From assembly GCA_012295275.1 (NCBI GenBank), contig CM022677.1, positions 6,262,001 to 6,326,000 of the forward strand: a stretch of 64,000 nucleotides of DNA, given 5' to 3'. How positions within the stretch are numbered: the stretch's first letter is position 1; each line of letters starts with the position of its first letter. Of this stretch, positions 50,637 to 64,000 are shown one piece after another. The notes below the pieces were generated by a model, which did not search any database, was not told where the DNA came from, and worked only from the letters and a program-made list of their open reading frames with translations. The position numbers and the translations under genes are program-made. This DNA is from Chrysomallon squamiferum (lineage: Eukaryota > Animalia > Mollusca).

Positions 50637-51377
50637 CCGTTGTGTAATTAACCTCTGAAATATAATTTTAAAATGTTTCTAATGTGTGTGTGGCCCTCAT
50701 TGTCTGTGTGTGATCAGTTTTCTATATTCACATCTAGCTATGACCTGTACATAGAAATATTTCAAATACTAAACATTTTTATGTAAAAAAATAATCAACC
50801 TGAGATAATTTCTAACAATCGAGTACTTTCTGTTTAAGGCCTGTACTGTTCAATACTGAGATCAGAACTCTAAAAACAAATAAATAAATAAAAGATAATG
50901 AAAGAAAGAAAACAAATCAGATAAATATATACCAAATCGATAAAAGATAAAAAGAAGTACATTATGCTTACACTAGTGATTATTATGATGACGACAACAA
51001 CAATAATTATTATTATACACAGACATATTTAACTGTGGGAGAAACGATTTTCAAATTCCAATGTACATATGGTCATTTATACCAACTTACTCCTCGAAAA
51101 GACAAAATAATTAACAGACAATAACAAACCTAAAAGAAACACGATATAAGAAAAAAGAATAATAAGTGAGGAAAATCAAGGAAAAAGACGTGAAACTTTT
51201 GAAATATAAAACAATATAAAATACCTTGTAATTTCAACTTCCTGATCGACAGTTTCTTATAAGCGACTATTTTCTATCAACTCAGTAATAGATCACAGTT
51301 GTCACCGATCTAAGAATAAATGAAATAATATAAAAATAATATAAAGTAAGCGATATATAGCAACAGGCGTGAAGAAT

Positions 51378-51452
<75 letters not shown>

Positions 51453-51609
51453 GCACATTAAAGTCAGGATATACAGAACTTTTTTCATATCAATTTAAAA
51501 CACCTGACACTTAAGTAATCTATTTGTTAGAGAACTAACTCTGATATATTTATAATAAATTAAGAACAGTGGAAGCGTCAACACATAATAAAATGAAAAT
51601 TTTATACAC

Positions 51610-51715
51610 GTTCAATATGGCCGGCTGCTGTCAGTTCTGCTTTGTGTTCTTTTAGTTAGGAAACCCTCCACTGATAAACACGTGACTGACGTCAAATATC
51701 TTATACGTCATCAAG
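51610..51715 (-). promoter_or_regulatory. Putative promoter of the BTB gene (YY1-like, E-box, CRE)
   Basis: caatatggcc at 51613, CACGTG at 51679 and TGACGTCA at 51687; a candidate non-coding exon donor aag|gtattt lies near 51224. Confidence 0.4.
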
Positions 51716-51863
51716 TGTTACGTTTCAGTTTCAGATTAAAATAGACAAATCGTGATATATGTACACTGATCTTACATAAATCTTCTTTACAATAAATTAC
51801 ATTAATTCTAATTCAATAAATTAAATACTACTAGATGCCATTGTTCGTACGTAATTTATAAAC

Positions 51864-51929
<66 letters not shown>

Positions 51930-52235
51930 GTTATAATAATAACAGCAACAACAACAACATCAACATGATCAACAACAACAACAATAATAATAACAAATAG
52001 TTTTTACAGTATAATTTGTTTATTTGCTCATATTATGCTCTACCAATTTACTGTTTTGGGTAGTAAATTTATCTTTCTCTTATAGTGAGCAGGCACTTCT
52101 ACATTGGTTCTTTTCCTGGGTTAATCTTTATAAAGTTCTATGTCAAAATGGAAAACTATTTCACGTTTAACATTATGGCAGCTGCACAAGTTAGAGTTGT
52201 TGTGTGATGCTATATTGTATTATCAGATGGAAAAT

Positions 52236-52317
<82 letters not shown>

Positions 52318-52345
52318 GTCTGTCTATCTATATCTATCTATCTAT

Positions 52346-52380
<35 letters not shown>

Positions 52381-52424
52381 TTAGTACTGTAATACCCATA
52401 ACGTAACCAGCGACATGAATTTGG

Positions 52425-52515
52425 ATTAACCTCGATCGGTAGAGCCTTTCTAGTGGGATACTTGACACATAGGATCAAAACTTCTTAGTGGACCCATTGG
52501 TTTGAATTTTTTCTT
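52425..52515 (+). mobile_element. Possible tRNA-derived SINE head remnant
   Basis: A-box-like tcggtagagc, then a degenerate B-box-like aggatcaaaac, followed by gtggacccattgg; no intact cloverleaf. Confidence 0.35.
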
Positions 52516-52516
52516 T

Positions 52517-52633
<117 letters not shown>

Positions 52634-53460
52634 TGGGAGAAGATGAATTACATTTTGCATCAAAATGTTTATTTTATGTAATTTAATTTGTAACTACGTA
52701 TATATAACAACTATATGTTTATATTTTTTATTATCCTAATTCTTACGTTTAATTTTTTTATTCCTGTGTTTATATACTATAATGTATTATACAACTGTTT
52801 CTGTTTTAAAACTGTATTCTTGCCTGTCTTGTGTTTATAGTCATGCTGGCTTTGGCAAATAAATAAACTGAACAGAAATTGAAGTGTAGTAGTAGTAATA
52901 GCTGCGGTACACTATCATCTCGTTGTTACCTTTTGACTGCGCACACCGTCAACCAGGTAAAACAGCAATTAATGAGTCCCGGGACATCGACAGATCATAA
53001 CTGGTAAATTTCAGCTTGTCCAGCTAAGTAGACACAATTTTGAGATAATTTACAGAAGTTGTCGACTTCGCGGGCCATAACCAACAACAGCTGGGAGAAC
53101 AGCAGCGATACTAAAATCACAACAACAGTGTTTTAATGACACTGTTTAAACTAATTATGAAGGACTTGCTAGCTTTGTACGAAAGTTTTGCCACTGGCGC
53201 ATGCGCACATGCTCCTTTGCAAGTCATTAATATTTCCTCCTTTGCAAATCATTAACCAGTCATTGCGAAATCGCAGATGTCTTCTTCTGTATCTACCTAG
53301 CGTAATGTAGTCAGTTTTTACAATGTGCTCAAACGTGTTCGCTTGAGTAAAATGTATTCAAACCGAAATTAGGCGAGAGGATTAGATTAACCTTTTTAGA
53401 CTTAGCCGGTAAAAATGTAAGTATAAATTTTGGATATTTTAATCAGTTTCTTTTTGACGT

Positions 53461-53491
<31 letters not shown>

Positions 53492-53814
53492 ACACACACA
53501 CACACATACATATACATACATTTTGGATATCAGTTTCTTTTTGACATATATATATATAGATGTCAAAAAGAAACTGATTAAAATATCCAAATTCATTCCT
53601 TGAAGCAAAAAACCATCGGCAGAAAGAGGTAAATAAGCCCTTGATACAATCAGAAATCTGGCAAAATCCTGAAAACTATCATGCCTGCATGCAAGCATGC
53701 AGAAATATGTAACTTGACATTAGATCATTGAACTGTTTTAATACCGATGAAATAACTTTATTCGATATATTTTCCTTCGAAACACAAGAGCAATCAATGA
53801 TGAACAGGCCATCT

Positions 53815-54472
53815 CTTGCGGACTCTGTTAAGACTGAGCGTTTGAATATACCTGTTGTGCCTTCCTTTCCTAACCCTTTGCTATGTTAAAAATGTCAAAC
53901 ATTTGGACACGTACAAAATGCATGTCGTAACAAACTGACCTGTGGTCAATTTGATCATAACAGCAAGACATGTAGGACTGACATAGTTTGCACCAATTAC
54001 AAGGGGAAACACTTCGCGTGTTCGCAAACATGTCCGAAGTGTAAAATGAAACAACAGGTACAACACGTTAAAACTGAAAAGCATTTTGTGTATCCTGATG
54101 CTAGGAAGCTCGTAGAATCCAGTTCACATGCAGTAGTAGGAAAATCATATCTGCAGCTGTGAAAGTATCTACAAGTTCCATTCAAATACAGTCAGATTTA
54201 ACTTGGCCTTTAGACAAACTCGAATTTAAGAAGGTATCACTCATAGAAAAAGCTCAGAAAAAGCTGCAAAAGCTACCAAGAAAGAAGCAGTGAAATTAAT
54301 TCAGGTATCGTCAGATTCTGAGAATCCAACAAGACTGTCGTTCACAGAGGAGCCAGGCCCCAGTAAGGCCACGTTAGGAAAACATACCAAACACGCAAAA
54401 TGTTCTGACAAGGACTACCACTCGGGACTGTTAAAAAGGCTGCTACAATCAATTGAGACAAGCAGTCAGTAA
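53815..54472 (+). mobile_element. Non-LTR retrotransposon (I/Nimb/Jockey-type) ORF1 gag-like fragment with zinc knuckles
   Basis: LADSVK..RLNIPVVPSFPNPLLC*KCQTFGHVQNACRNKLTCGQFDHNSKTC...VCTNYKGKHFACSQTCPK.K...QVQHVK......YPDARKLV: three degenerate CCHC knuckles plus the typical Y.EARK helix. In-frame stop present; no RT seen. Confidence 0.88.
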
Positions 54473-54568
54473 CAGTTAACCACTGTCAGTGAGATCATCA
54501 ATCTCAGTTTTAGAAAAAAGTAGATGTTCACCATTTCAAGTTTTATTTAGGCATGGAGTGATATTGTT

Positions 54569-54686
<118 letters not shown>

Positions 54687-54816
54687 TATAGATATATATA
54701 GATATATATATAACGATTTTTTTCATATTTATGTGTCGTCTGCAGTGTGTGTCTAACATTAGCCGCGTTTCTATTTTATAGACAAGGGGAGAGAAGTGTT
54801 CTCCTTTCTGGTATAT

Positions 54817-54875
<59 letters not shown>

Positions 54876-54900
54876 TGAGTGTGTGTCTGTGTGTGTGTGT

Positions 54901-54981
<81 letters not shown>

Positions 54982-56545
54982 GAAAGAAAAATATTTACTA
55001 TTTTATTTAACTTTAAAACATTCAGTTTTAACAACCTGTGTAAAAGGCAATTACATAAGCTCAATTTAATTATATATATAAATGTTAGGGAGGAAAACGT
55101 GTACTGACTCAACTGCTCTGAAAGAAGTCAACTGAAATTACATGGTATGAATAGTATGTACAAGGAGATGACTCTTGAAGCATTATACCGTGTTTACTCC
55201 AAATTTACCCTGCACACCCTGTGTCCCTCTCTCACACCTAGACTACTGATTTGAAGTAAGCGCTCTAATTATCAGACACTTCTTTCCTCTGACCACATTC
55301 TACACTAACTTCTGAATTGTTTCAGTGTATTAATAAAGATTAGTATTACTAATAGACATATATAGTTATATATTATGTTATCGTAACAATATAAAAATAA
55401 ATAACATATTAAAAATAAATCATTTGTGTCATGGTTTTAGCGTCGAAATGAAGATACTCACGTGTATTAATAAATATTATTATTACTAATAGATACATAT
55501 TATATCATAAGTGCAATATGGTTTTAGCGTCGAAATGAAGATACTTGATACAGACTATAACACGAATACAATAGACTGACCATAGTTAATCCCATTGAAC
55601 CGAACTCCCACCTAGCCAAAACCCAATGTTGTTGTAATAGATTGATTTGGTTAGGTTTTTGGCTAGATGGGATGACACCCACCCTCCACTCTAACCAGTG
55701 AGTATAACACAAACAAATTATAAAGAACATAACTTAATTACTAGTTTATTTTTATAATAACAACAACAACTACAAAAACAACAACAACAACAACAACAAT
55801 AATAATAATAATAATAACAATAATAATAATAAAGTTTCCTTACCTTTGTCTTAAGAAATGAAAAATTAACACCGGGAGAAAAATGCTCGTCTATTAGTCT
55901 GCAATGTCAGTTGTGAGTGCGGGGAAGTCGGTTATGACAGACGACACAATGTGAGAGGAACATACCAATTCTGACAAAGAAGGGGTGGGAGCTTTGAACA
56001 TTTCTGTACTCTTCTTTCTTCTGAGAAAAAAAAAATAATCGTGAAATTTTAAGTTCTTGTGGTACAGTAAACAGGAGTAAAAATAAAAAAGTTTCTCGAC
56101 ATATTTTGTGCACTTATTTAATTTATAAAATGCTGGATACAATTTATCACACATGTAGTAATAATGGACATAGCAACTGGTTCGTAGAACAGAGAAAGAT
56201 AATCTATTTACCCGCCAACATTATATCTTGTTTAAACTTGAATAGTGAACTGGCGGTATGAGGTCCTTTCGTAAGATATACAAATAAACTGTACGAATAA
56301 ATAAATAAAAAAAAAAAAAAAAAAAAAAAGATTTATTTCATTCTATTTAAAATAAATAAATAAACGATTAAAGTCATGATATTACATTATATATTCATAA
56401 GAAAGAATGCAAATGCCGTCATTCATCATTTAAGGACCAAGTTCAGTTACTATGACTACGTCATTAAGCACCTTTGTACATTTATATCGTTGTATTATAT
56501 TTTTAAATGTTTGTACAATAGAAAATAGGAAACAGCCTAGAGGAA

Positions 56546-56738
<193 letters not shown>

Positions 56739-57412
56739 AACTATTTCATTAATATTATTATTAACGTTATAATGTTTTCTGAGTTGCTGTTGTATATCTG
56801 TCGGATTGTTTGTGTTTCAATTTTATTTCTCATCATTAATTTCTACAAATCTCAGTAATGGCTCTGTCACCACCCTCTTAGATTATTGTGAATCACTCCA
56901 TTGTTCAAACAAACTTGAACGTGCACAGTAAACAAAAGACAAATAACAATCTCTAACGCCATCTCTAAAACATGTGTCTAAGATTTCCAGTGAGCTATCA
57001 AATTAATGTGTAGTCACGTTTTCAATATCTCGGGTTTTTCTTTTTTGTTGTTTTTCTTTGTTTTATCCTACTAGTTATCTTGCTCTTACTTCTATATTTA
57101 TTTTTAATTTTTCTATTTACTAATCTGTTTCTATGTTTTTCTTTAGTTATTATCAACATCAAATCAATGTTTGTTCGTATGAATGAGACAGGGTGACACA
57201 CACACACGCACACAAACATATTTAGATGTTATTACTATTCTGGTGTGTGTGTGTGTGAGATAGAAAAAGATTTGTAAACTATTTTAGAAAGATGACATCA
57301 CAACATTTATTTTTAGCAAACATCATATCTCTCTGCTTATAGGTAACGAAGTGGTAGGAAACTGAAGCCAAATCAAACATATCAACAAATTAATAAATAA
57401 ATAAAAAGGAAA

Positions 57413-57447
<35 letters not shown>

Positions 57448-59076
57448 ACGAACAAAATAAAAGAAAATGAAACAAAACATATATCGTTTTCTTCATAATC
57501 CTAAAAACACTAAAGAGTCAGTACCGGCCTTGTTCCCCACAACAGTGATTCTATTGAGCCAGTCGCTTGTCGAAACTAACTCGAGCGTGCACAGAACAGA
57601 AAATATGAAATATGATTTCTAACACTGCGGTTTAAAACATGCGACTACAGACTGCCAGTGAGGTCACCAGATTCGTATCTAGTCACGTTTTTGAGATATC
57701 AGTTATTATGTTTTGTTCTTTGTGAGTATTAATGATAGAGGGGTGAAAGAATATCCTTCATAACTGTGAACAGATAGTTTTATACAATGCAACACACAGT
57801 TATAATAATAATAATAATAGTAGTAGTAGTAGTAGTAATAATAATAACAAGAGCTACAAAAAAGAAATAATAACAATAATAATGACAATTAGAAAAGTAA
57901 CAGCAACAACACAAAAACAACAATTGCAAAAATAACGGCTTGAGGCACCCTAGAGACATAACCTGTAGGTAAAAAAAAGTAATAAATATAATAAATAAAA
58001 CAGTCTTCATATTTAACCTGAGTGCAGTCTGTTCTAACAGGTAGATCAAACATTTATTATTGTGTTTCTTTTCATTCACACAGTGTAAAACATAAATATA
58101 GTTTTGTTGCTACTGATACGTCGTGTAGGGCGCCTGTAAGCAAAATTCTAATCATTACAGAATTTTTGTCTCGTATAAAACAAAAGTATTCAAGTAAAAT
58201 ATCATTAATTAATAAGAGAATTATATAGCATTGGTAGTAATAGTAATAACAGTATAGCCATAAAGTTCATTAAACAAATAATTAATGATGTAAACGGTCA
58301 TATTTTACAGTTTTGTCACAAAACTTTCAGTGAAATCATACGAGAAGAAAGGTTTTGTAAAGTGTTTTATTGATCTAAGAAATTGTCAAGACATTTAACA
58401 TTATAATGTTTTCAGCGTTGCTGTGTGTCCAGCTATCTTTCTCAAGTGGATTTCTCACAATTATTTCTACAAATCTCAATACTGGCCCTGTCACCCTCAT
58501 ATTAGATTACTGTGAATCACTCCCTTGTTCAAACTAACTTCAACGTGCACAGTAAACAAAAAACAAATAATAATCTTCTAACGCCATCTCTAAAACACGT
58601 GTCTAAGATCTGCAGTGAGGTATCAAATTTAATCTGTAGTCACGTCGGGTATTTCTTTTGTTTTCTTTATTTTAGCATACCAGTTCCCTTGCTCTTACTT
58701 CTATATTATTTATTTATTTCTATGTTTTACCTTACTTATTATGAACATCAAATCAAGAGTATAATAAATATATACTTGATTTGTGCAGTGATGTGTAGCA
58801 TTTCTTTCCCTTCTTTGCTCGTATCAGTGAGAAAGGCGATATTTAAAAATATATTTATATATTGTATTTAAACACACACAGACATACACACCCACGTATG
58901 TAGAAGTTGTTGTTACTGTTCTTGTTACGTTAAAACTCATATTTATGTGTGTGAAAGTGATTTCAAAAGCTATTTTAGAAAGATGACGTCACAATAAATA
59001 ATTTTAGCACTGCAAACATCATATTCTCTGCATATAGGTAACGAAGTGTTGGAGAACTGAAATCAAATCTAACATA

Positions 59077-59107
<31 letters not shown>

Positions 59108-59457
59108 AAAAAATAAAAGAAAATGAAAAAAAAAATATATCGTTTTATTCATCATCCTGAAAACACTGAAGACTCAGTACCGGCCCTGTTCTCCTCCTCT
59201 GTGATTGTAGTGAACCAGTCTTTTGCTGAAACTAACTCGAGCGTGCACAGAACAGAAAATATGAAATATGATTTCTAACACCGCGGTTTAAAACATGCGC
59301 CTACAGACTTCAAGTGAGGTCTCCAGATTCGTATCTAGTCACGTTTTTGAGATATCAGTTATTATGTTTTGTTCTTTGTAAGTATTAATGATAGAGGGGT
59401 CAAAGAACATCCTTCATATCTGTGAACAGAAAATTTTATACAATGCGTCACACAGTC

Positions 59458-59527
<70 letters not shown>

Positions 59528-59866
59528 CAACAACAACAACTGAACAGCAACAACATTTTTATTGTGTGTCTTTTTATTCACACAGTGTAAAACATAAATA
59601 TAGTTTTGTTGTTACTGATATGTGTGTAACGTGTAGGGCGCCTGTAAGCAACATTCTAATCATTACAGAATTTTTGTCTCGTATAAAACAAAACAAATGG
59701 TGTTAGTCATCATCCATTATTTATAGTTATTTTCTAAAGAACAAAGACAGGACCTTAGTTGATGCAGAAATAACTTTTGTATATATAATTATATAAGGCT
59801 TATGTAATTAGGTTGTTAAACCTGAATGTTTTAAAGTTAAATAAAATAGTAAATATTTTTCTCTTT

Positions 59867-59968
<102 letters not shown>

Positions 59969-60409
59969 CACCAAATAATATGTTGTTTTCTAATGTTTGT
60001 TCTAATTAAATAAATACAATCATTTGCAATAGTATACATAGCAAAATATTATTAATTAATAAGCTTATTATATAGTATTGGTAGTAATAGTAATAACAGT
60101 ATAGCCATAAAATTCATTAAACTATTAATTGATTATGTAACCGGTCATATTTTACAGTTTTGTCACAAAACTTTCAGAGGGATCATACGAGAAGAAAAGT
60201 TTTGTAAAGTTATTTTAATAACTAGTTCATTAACATTATTTCTCGATCTTAGAATTTGTCAGGATATTTTACATTATAATGTTTACAGCGTTGCTGTTGG
60301 ATGTCTATCTGTCTAAAGTTTTAAACAATGAAGAAATATTATAAGCGATATATATTGTATCTTCCTCTTTATCTTATTATTTGGTGGATTATTTGCTGCT
60401 GTAATTGCT

Positions 60410-60890
60410 GAATGGCAATGTTTTGGTGAAGTAGATGAGATCATTACTTTCTCTGTGAATAAACATGCTTTATTTTGCTGATTTCAATTGTACGGTTAGG
60501 TGAACCTCGAAACCTCGAAGTTAGCGTCTTCGTCTGTGACAAGAACAGACAAAATACTGGACGGGTCTACACTGACACAAGAACAGACAAAATACTGGAC
60601 GGGTCTACACTGACACAAGAACAGACAAAATACTGGACGGGTCTACACTGACACAAGAACAGACAAAAAATACACTGGAACAGACAAAATACTGGACGGG
60701 TCTACACTGACACAAGAACAGACAAAATACTGGACGGGTCTACACTGACACAAGAACAGACAAAATACTGGACGGGTCTACACTGACACAAGAACAGACA
60801 AAATACTGGACGGTTCTACACTGACACAGAGATATGAACTCGTCGTGTTCAGATGTGCAGTGAAAATTACTAAGACGCTGAACACAGCGA
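60410..60890 (+). pseudogene. Inverted decayed PHR-domain fragment paralogous to the BTB gene
   Basis: WQCFGEVDEIITFSVNKHALFC*FQLYG*...VSVFV.D.RTDKILDGSTLTQ...VVFRCAVKITK aligns with WLCTGEEDDAITFSVNKNVLLRGFQLYG...RTDEILDGSTPTQ...VVFRRPVKITK (49220-49455, minus). Confidence 0.9.
60539..60828. repeat. Minisatellite, 38-bp unit, about 7.5 copies, derived from PHR coding sequence
   Basis: Unit acaagaacagacaaaatactggacgggtctacactgac. Confidence 0.95.
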
Positions 60891-60915
60891 TTGTTTTGGA
60901 GAGGTGGGTCCCGTT

Positions 60916-61800
60916 CAGAACCAGATTAAGCAACTGCGGGTTCTGTAGCAAAATATATCTTAGGTCCCTACTATTGGCTAGTTACAGAAATAGCCACACA
61001 CCCCTCAATCCACGCCTGCTATTATCATAGCTTTACATACAACATAAACACACCTTAATGTTTGAACAATGTGTCAGGTGTATTGTCGAAACAAAGGTAA
61101 TCTTCCCAACAGTACCAAAAGCCAGTGTAAATATCTTTAAACTGTAATGTAACTATAGGTATGCCCCGAAAAGATGAATCAAAGTTTTAGCTAGTAGACA
61201 CGTGTGATTCAGATTAAGTTTAAATATCGCTCTTTCGAGGTTTTGCATGAACAAAGTCTTTTATAGTGGAAGTAGTGTCAATCGTTCTGAAACGTCGCAT
61301 TCGGTGCTCATCAACGTCAGCATATTTAAACGTTTTTCTCCCATCGTCTTTCTTTGTGCAGTTTTTATGCGGCGCAGTTTGGAAAACGAGCGTTCCTCCG
61401 TGCAGTTTGTAACCACCAAACACAAATACATACGTAGCATTATTTCAATATTAGATAAACATGACTGCATGTTGTGATCGCTGATGAGACGGTATATCAG
61501 CAGCTCCAATGTCTCGCCGTCTGTCATCGCCGTGTTGTCCTTATCATCAGCTGCAGCATCTGACTGAGAAGCACTCGGTTCAGAAGTGCCAGGAACTGTA
61601 GAAGTTCGTCTGACACATTGGCCTGCAGATCATTTTGATACGTGTTAATGAGGCCAGCGCCGAGTTTGACAGATGCTCCTTGCACACTGACCCTAAATGT
61701 CGCAACAACCCAAACTTGTTCTGTTTTCCTCATCTGCTTGCAAACTTTTCTTCAGTATTTGCGAGAAAGCAACTAATGAACTAGATGTGGTCCACTGGCT
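60916..61800 (-). mobile_element. hAT DNA transposon 3' remnant (C-terminal dimerisation domain, ZMYM1/Tip100-like)
   Basis: NIEIMLRMYLCLVVTNCTEERSFSKLRRIK...RKTMGEKRLNMLTLMSTE (61261-61527), upstream LINTYQNDL...DELLQF and terminal IKDFVHAKPRK. A candidate TIR cagaaccagattaag lies at 60916. Confidence 0.88.
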
Positions 61801-62002
61801 AGTGAGGAAAGCAAATTTCAACAACAAAACTGTTCATAAACGAACCTCTACACAAAACAAATACTAAAGGCTATAGTCAAAATCGTGATACCCAGCATCA
61901 TGATAAAAAAAAATTGAAAGCCTCTGAAAGCGTGGAGCCAGTACCGTTTGTTACATCTGCTACGTTGTTAATCGGGCACTCAATACACACATCCAAACAC
62001 AC

Positions 62003-62065
<63 letters not shown>

Positions 62066-62135
62066 AGTGACATATAAAAACATACAAAAACCTATCCGAT
62101 CTATAAAAAGTCTTTCTCTTCGTATTTTTGTTTAA

Positions 62136-62291
<156 letters not shown>

Positions 62292-62380
62292 ACACACATA
62301 CAAACGCACATACAATAAGACAATGATAAAACCGTCACAGTTTACCCTGATCATATTTTTATAATATGCAAATATGTAAA

Positions 62381-62445
<65 letters not shown>

Positions 62446-63542
62446 GAAATTAGCCAACTAAACTGGTACTATGTTCCTAAAGAACCATCTTGCAGTAAAT
62501 AATATTAATATTTCCATTTTGCTGTGGTTTATCGTTAAATACATGAACGTACTTATAGGAACAAAAAGTATAATCCACAGCTAGAGACAAAAGCAAAACT
62601 ATGAACACAAAATAATTTGTTTTCTATTTTCTTTTCTAAATAAATAAAGAAATATAAACATTTGCAATATTATTGAAATAAAACACCATTTATTAATAAA
62701 TAAATTATATAGTATTGGTAGTAATGTTAATAATAAATATATGAAGTTCATTATCTAATTAATTAATTATTAATATTATTTCCCTATCTAAGAAATTGTT
62801 AAGGCATTTAATATTAATAAAGTTTTCAGTATTGCTGTGAGATTTCTCTCTCTTTGTCTGTCTGTCCAACCATGTTTCTCAATTTTATTTCGTTGTGTCC
62901 ACGTATCAATGAAACAGCGTGTACTGAAAAGAAAAGACGAAATATGATTTGTAAAACACGGATTTACAGATCTCCTGTCAGGTATCCAGTTTAGTACCTC
63001 GTCATGTTTTTGAGATATCAGTCATTGCGTTTTGATATTTGTAGATATTAATGAGAGAGGAGATCAAAGAACAACCTTCTTATCTGCGAATAGAACATTT
63101 TATACAATGTGACATACGGTAATAATAATAATAATAATAAACTGTGATTATTGGGAATCAGTCCCTTGTTCAAACTAACTTAAACATGCACAGTACACAA
63201 AAGACAAATCATAATCTCTTACATCAGGATTTAAAACACGAGTCTAAGATCTCTAGTGAGGTATCAAATTTAATATGTAGTCACGTTTTCAGTATCTCGG
63301 GTGTTTCTTTTTATTTAATTTTTTGTTTGTTTTAACCTACCAATTCTCTTGCTCTTTCTTCTATAGTCATTATATATATATATATTTAACTGTTTGCATA
63401 GATTTATTTATTTCTGTATTTTTATTTACTTATCAACAAAAATAAATATATAACAGTAATAAGTACACACTTTATTTCTGTAGTCATATGTTACATTTCG
63501 TTTTGTTGTTCATATGTGTGTTCCTGAGTGTGTGTATGTGTG

Positions 63543-63613
<71 letters not shown>

Positions 63614-63932
63614 ATTGTATTGTAAACTGTCTTAGAAAGATGACGTCAGAATATTTATATTTTGCACTGTAAACATCATTTCTCTGATTATAGTGAATCA
63701 GTCCCTTGATCCCACTAACTCGAGCGTGCACAGCAAACAAAACGCGAAATATGCTTTGTAACACCGCGATTTAAAACACGTGTCTAGAGATCTGAGGTAT
63801 CCAATTTATATCTAGTCACGTTTTCAAGATTATCTGTCATTATGTTTAGTTGTTTGTACGCATTAATGAGAGAGCGGGCTAAACAATATCATTCATATCT
63901 GTAAATAGAAGATTTTAACATTGCGTCATACA

Positions 63933-64000
<68 letters not shown>

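Noticed and set aside
52425-52515. tRNA gene
   Set aside because: Only degenerate A/B-box-like motifs with no acceptor stem or cloverleaf; treated as a possible SINE remnant.

Overview
AT-rich, microsatellite-dense animal nuclear DNA with spliceosomal introns; mollusc- or gastropod-like by inference. There is one 200-N scaffold gap (32080-32279). Most ORFs in the supplied track are microsatellite artefacts. Manual exon stitching shows a duplication-rich cluster of decayed genes: (i) a minus-strand multi-CUB type-I membrane protein with cytoplasmic PPxY motifs (about 8.2-17.3 kb) carrying many frameshifts and stops; (ii) a minus-strand Ig-superfamily receptor with a TM helix and Tyr/ITIM-like tail exons (24.5-30.1 kb), also disrupted; (iii) a near-intact BTB-BACK-PHR (BTBD1/2/3/6-like) gene (49.0-50.6 kb) with a lesioned start, plus an inverted decayed PHR copy at 60.4-60.9 kb; (iv) weaker decayed plus-strand genes (32.3-39.5 kb, unidentified; 43.7-47.7 kb, possibly galectin-like); (v) a small tandem-duplicated spliced gene encoding PM[D/E]VD repeats (5.0-6.8 kb). 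Transposon relics are a MULE transposase, an I/Nimb-type LINE ORF1, a hAT transposase and a possible SINE. There are several segmental duplications. Notably, the long-unit minisatellites start at or span putative splice donors, and one derives from coding sequence. No CRISPR, rRNA or intact tRNA is supported. All assignments come from manual translation and motif recognition, not database searches.
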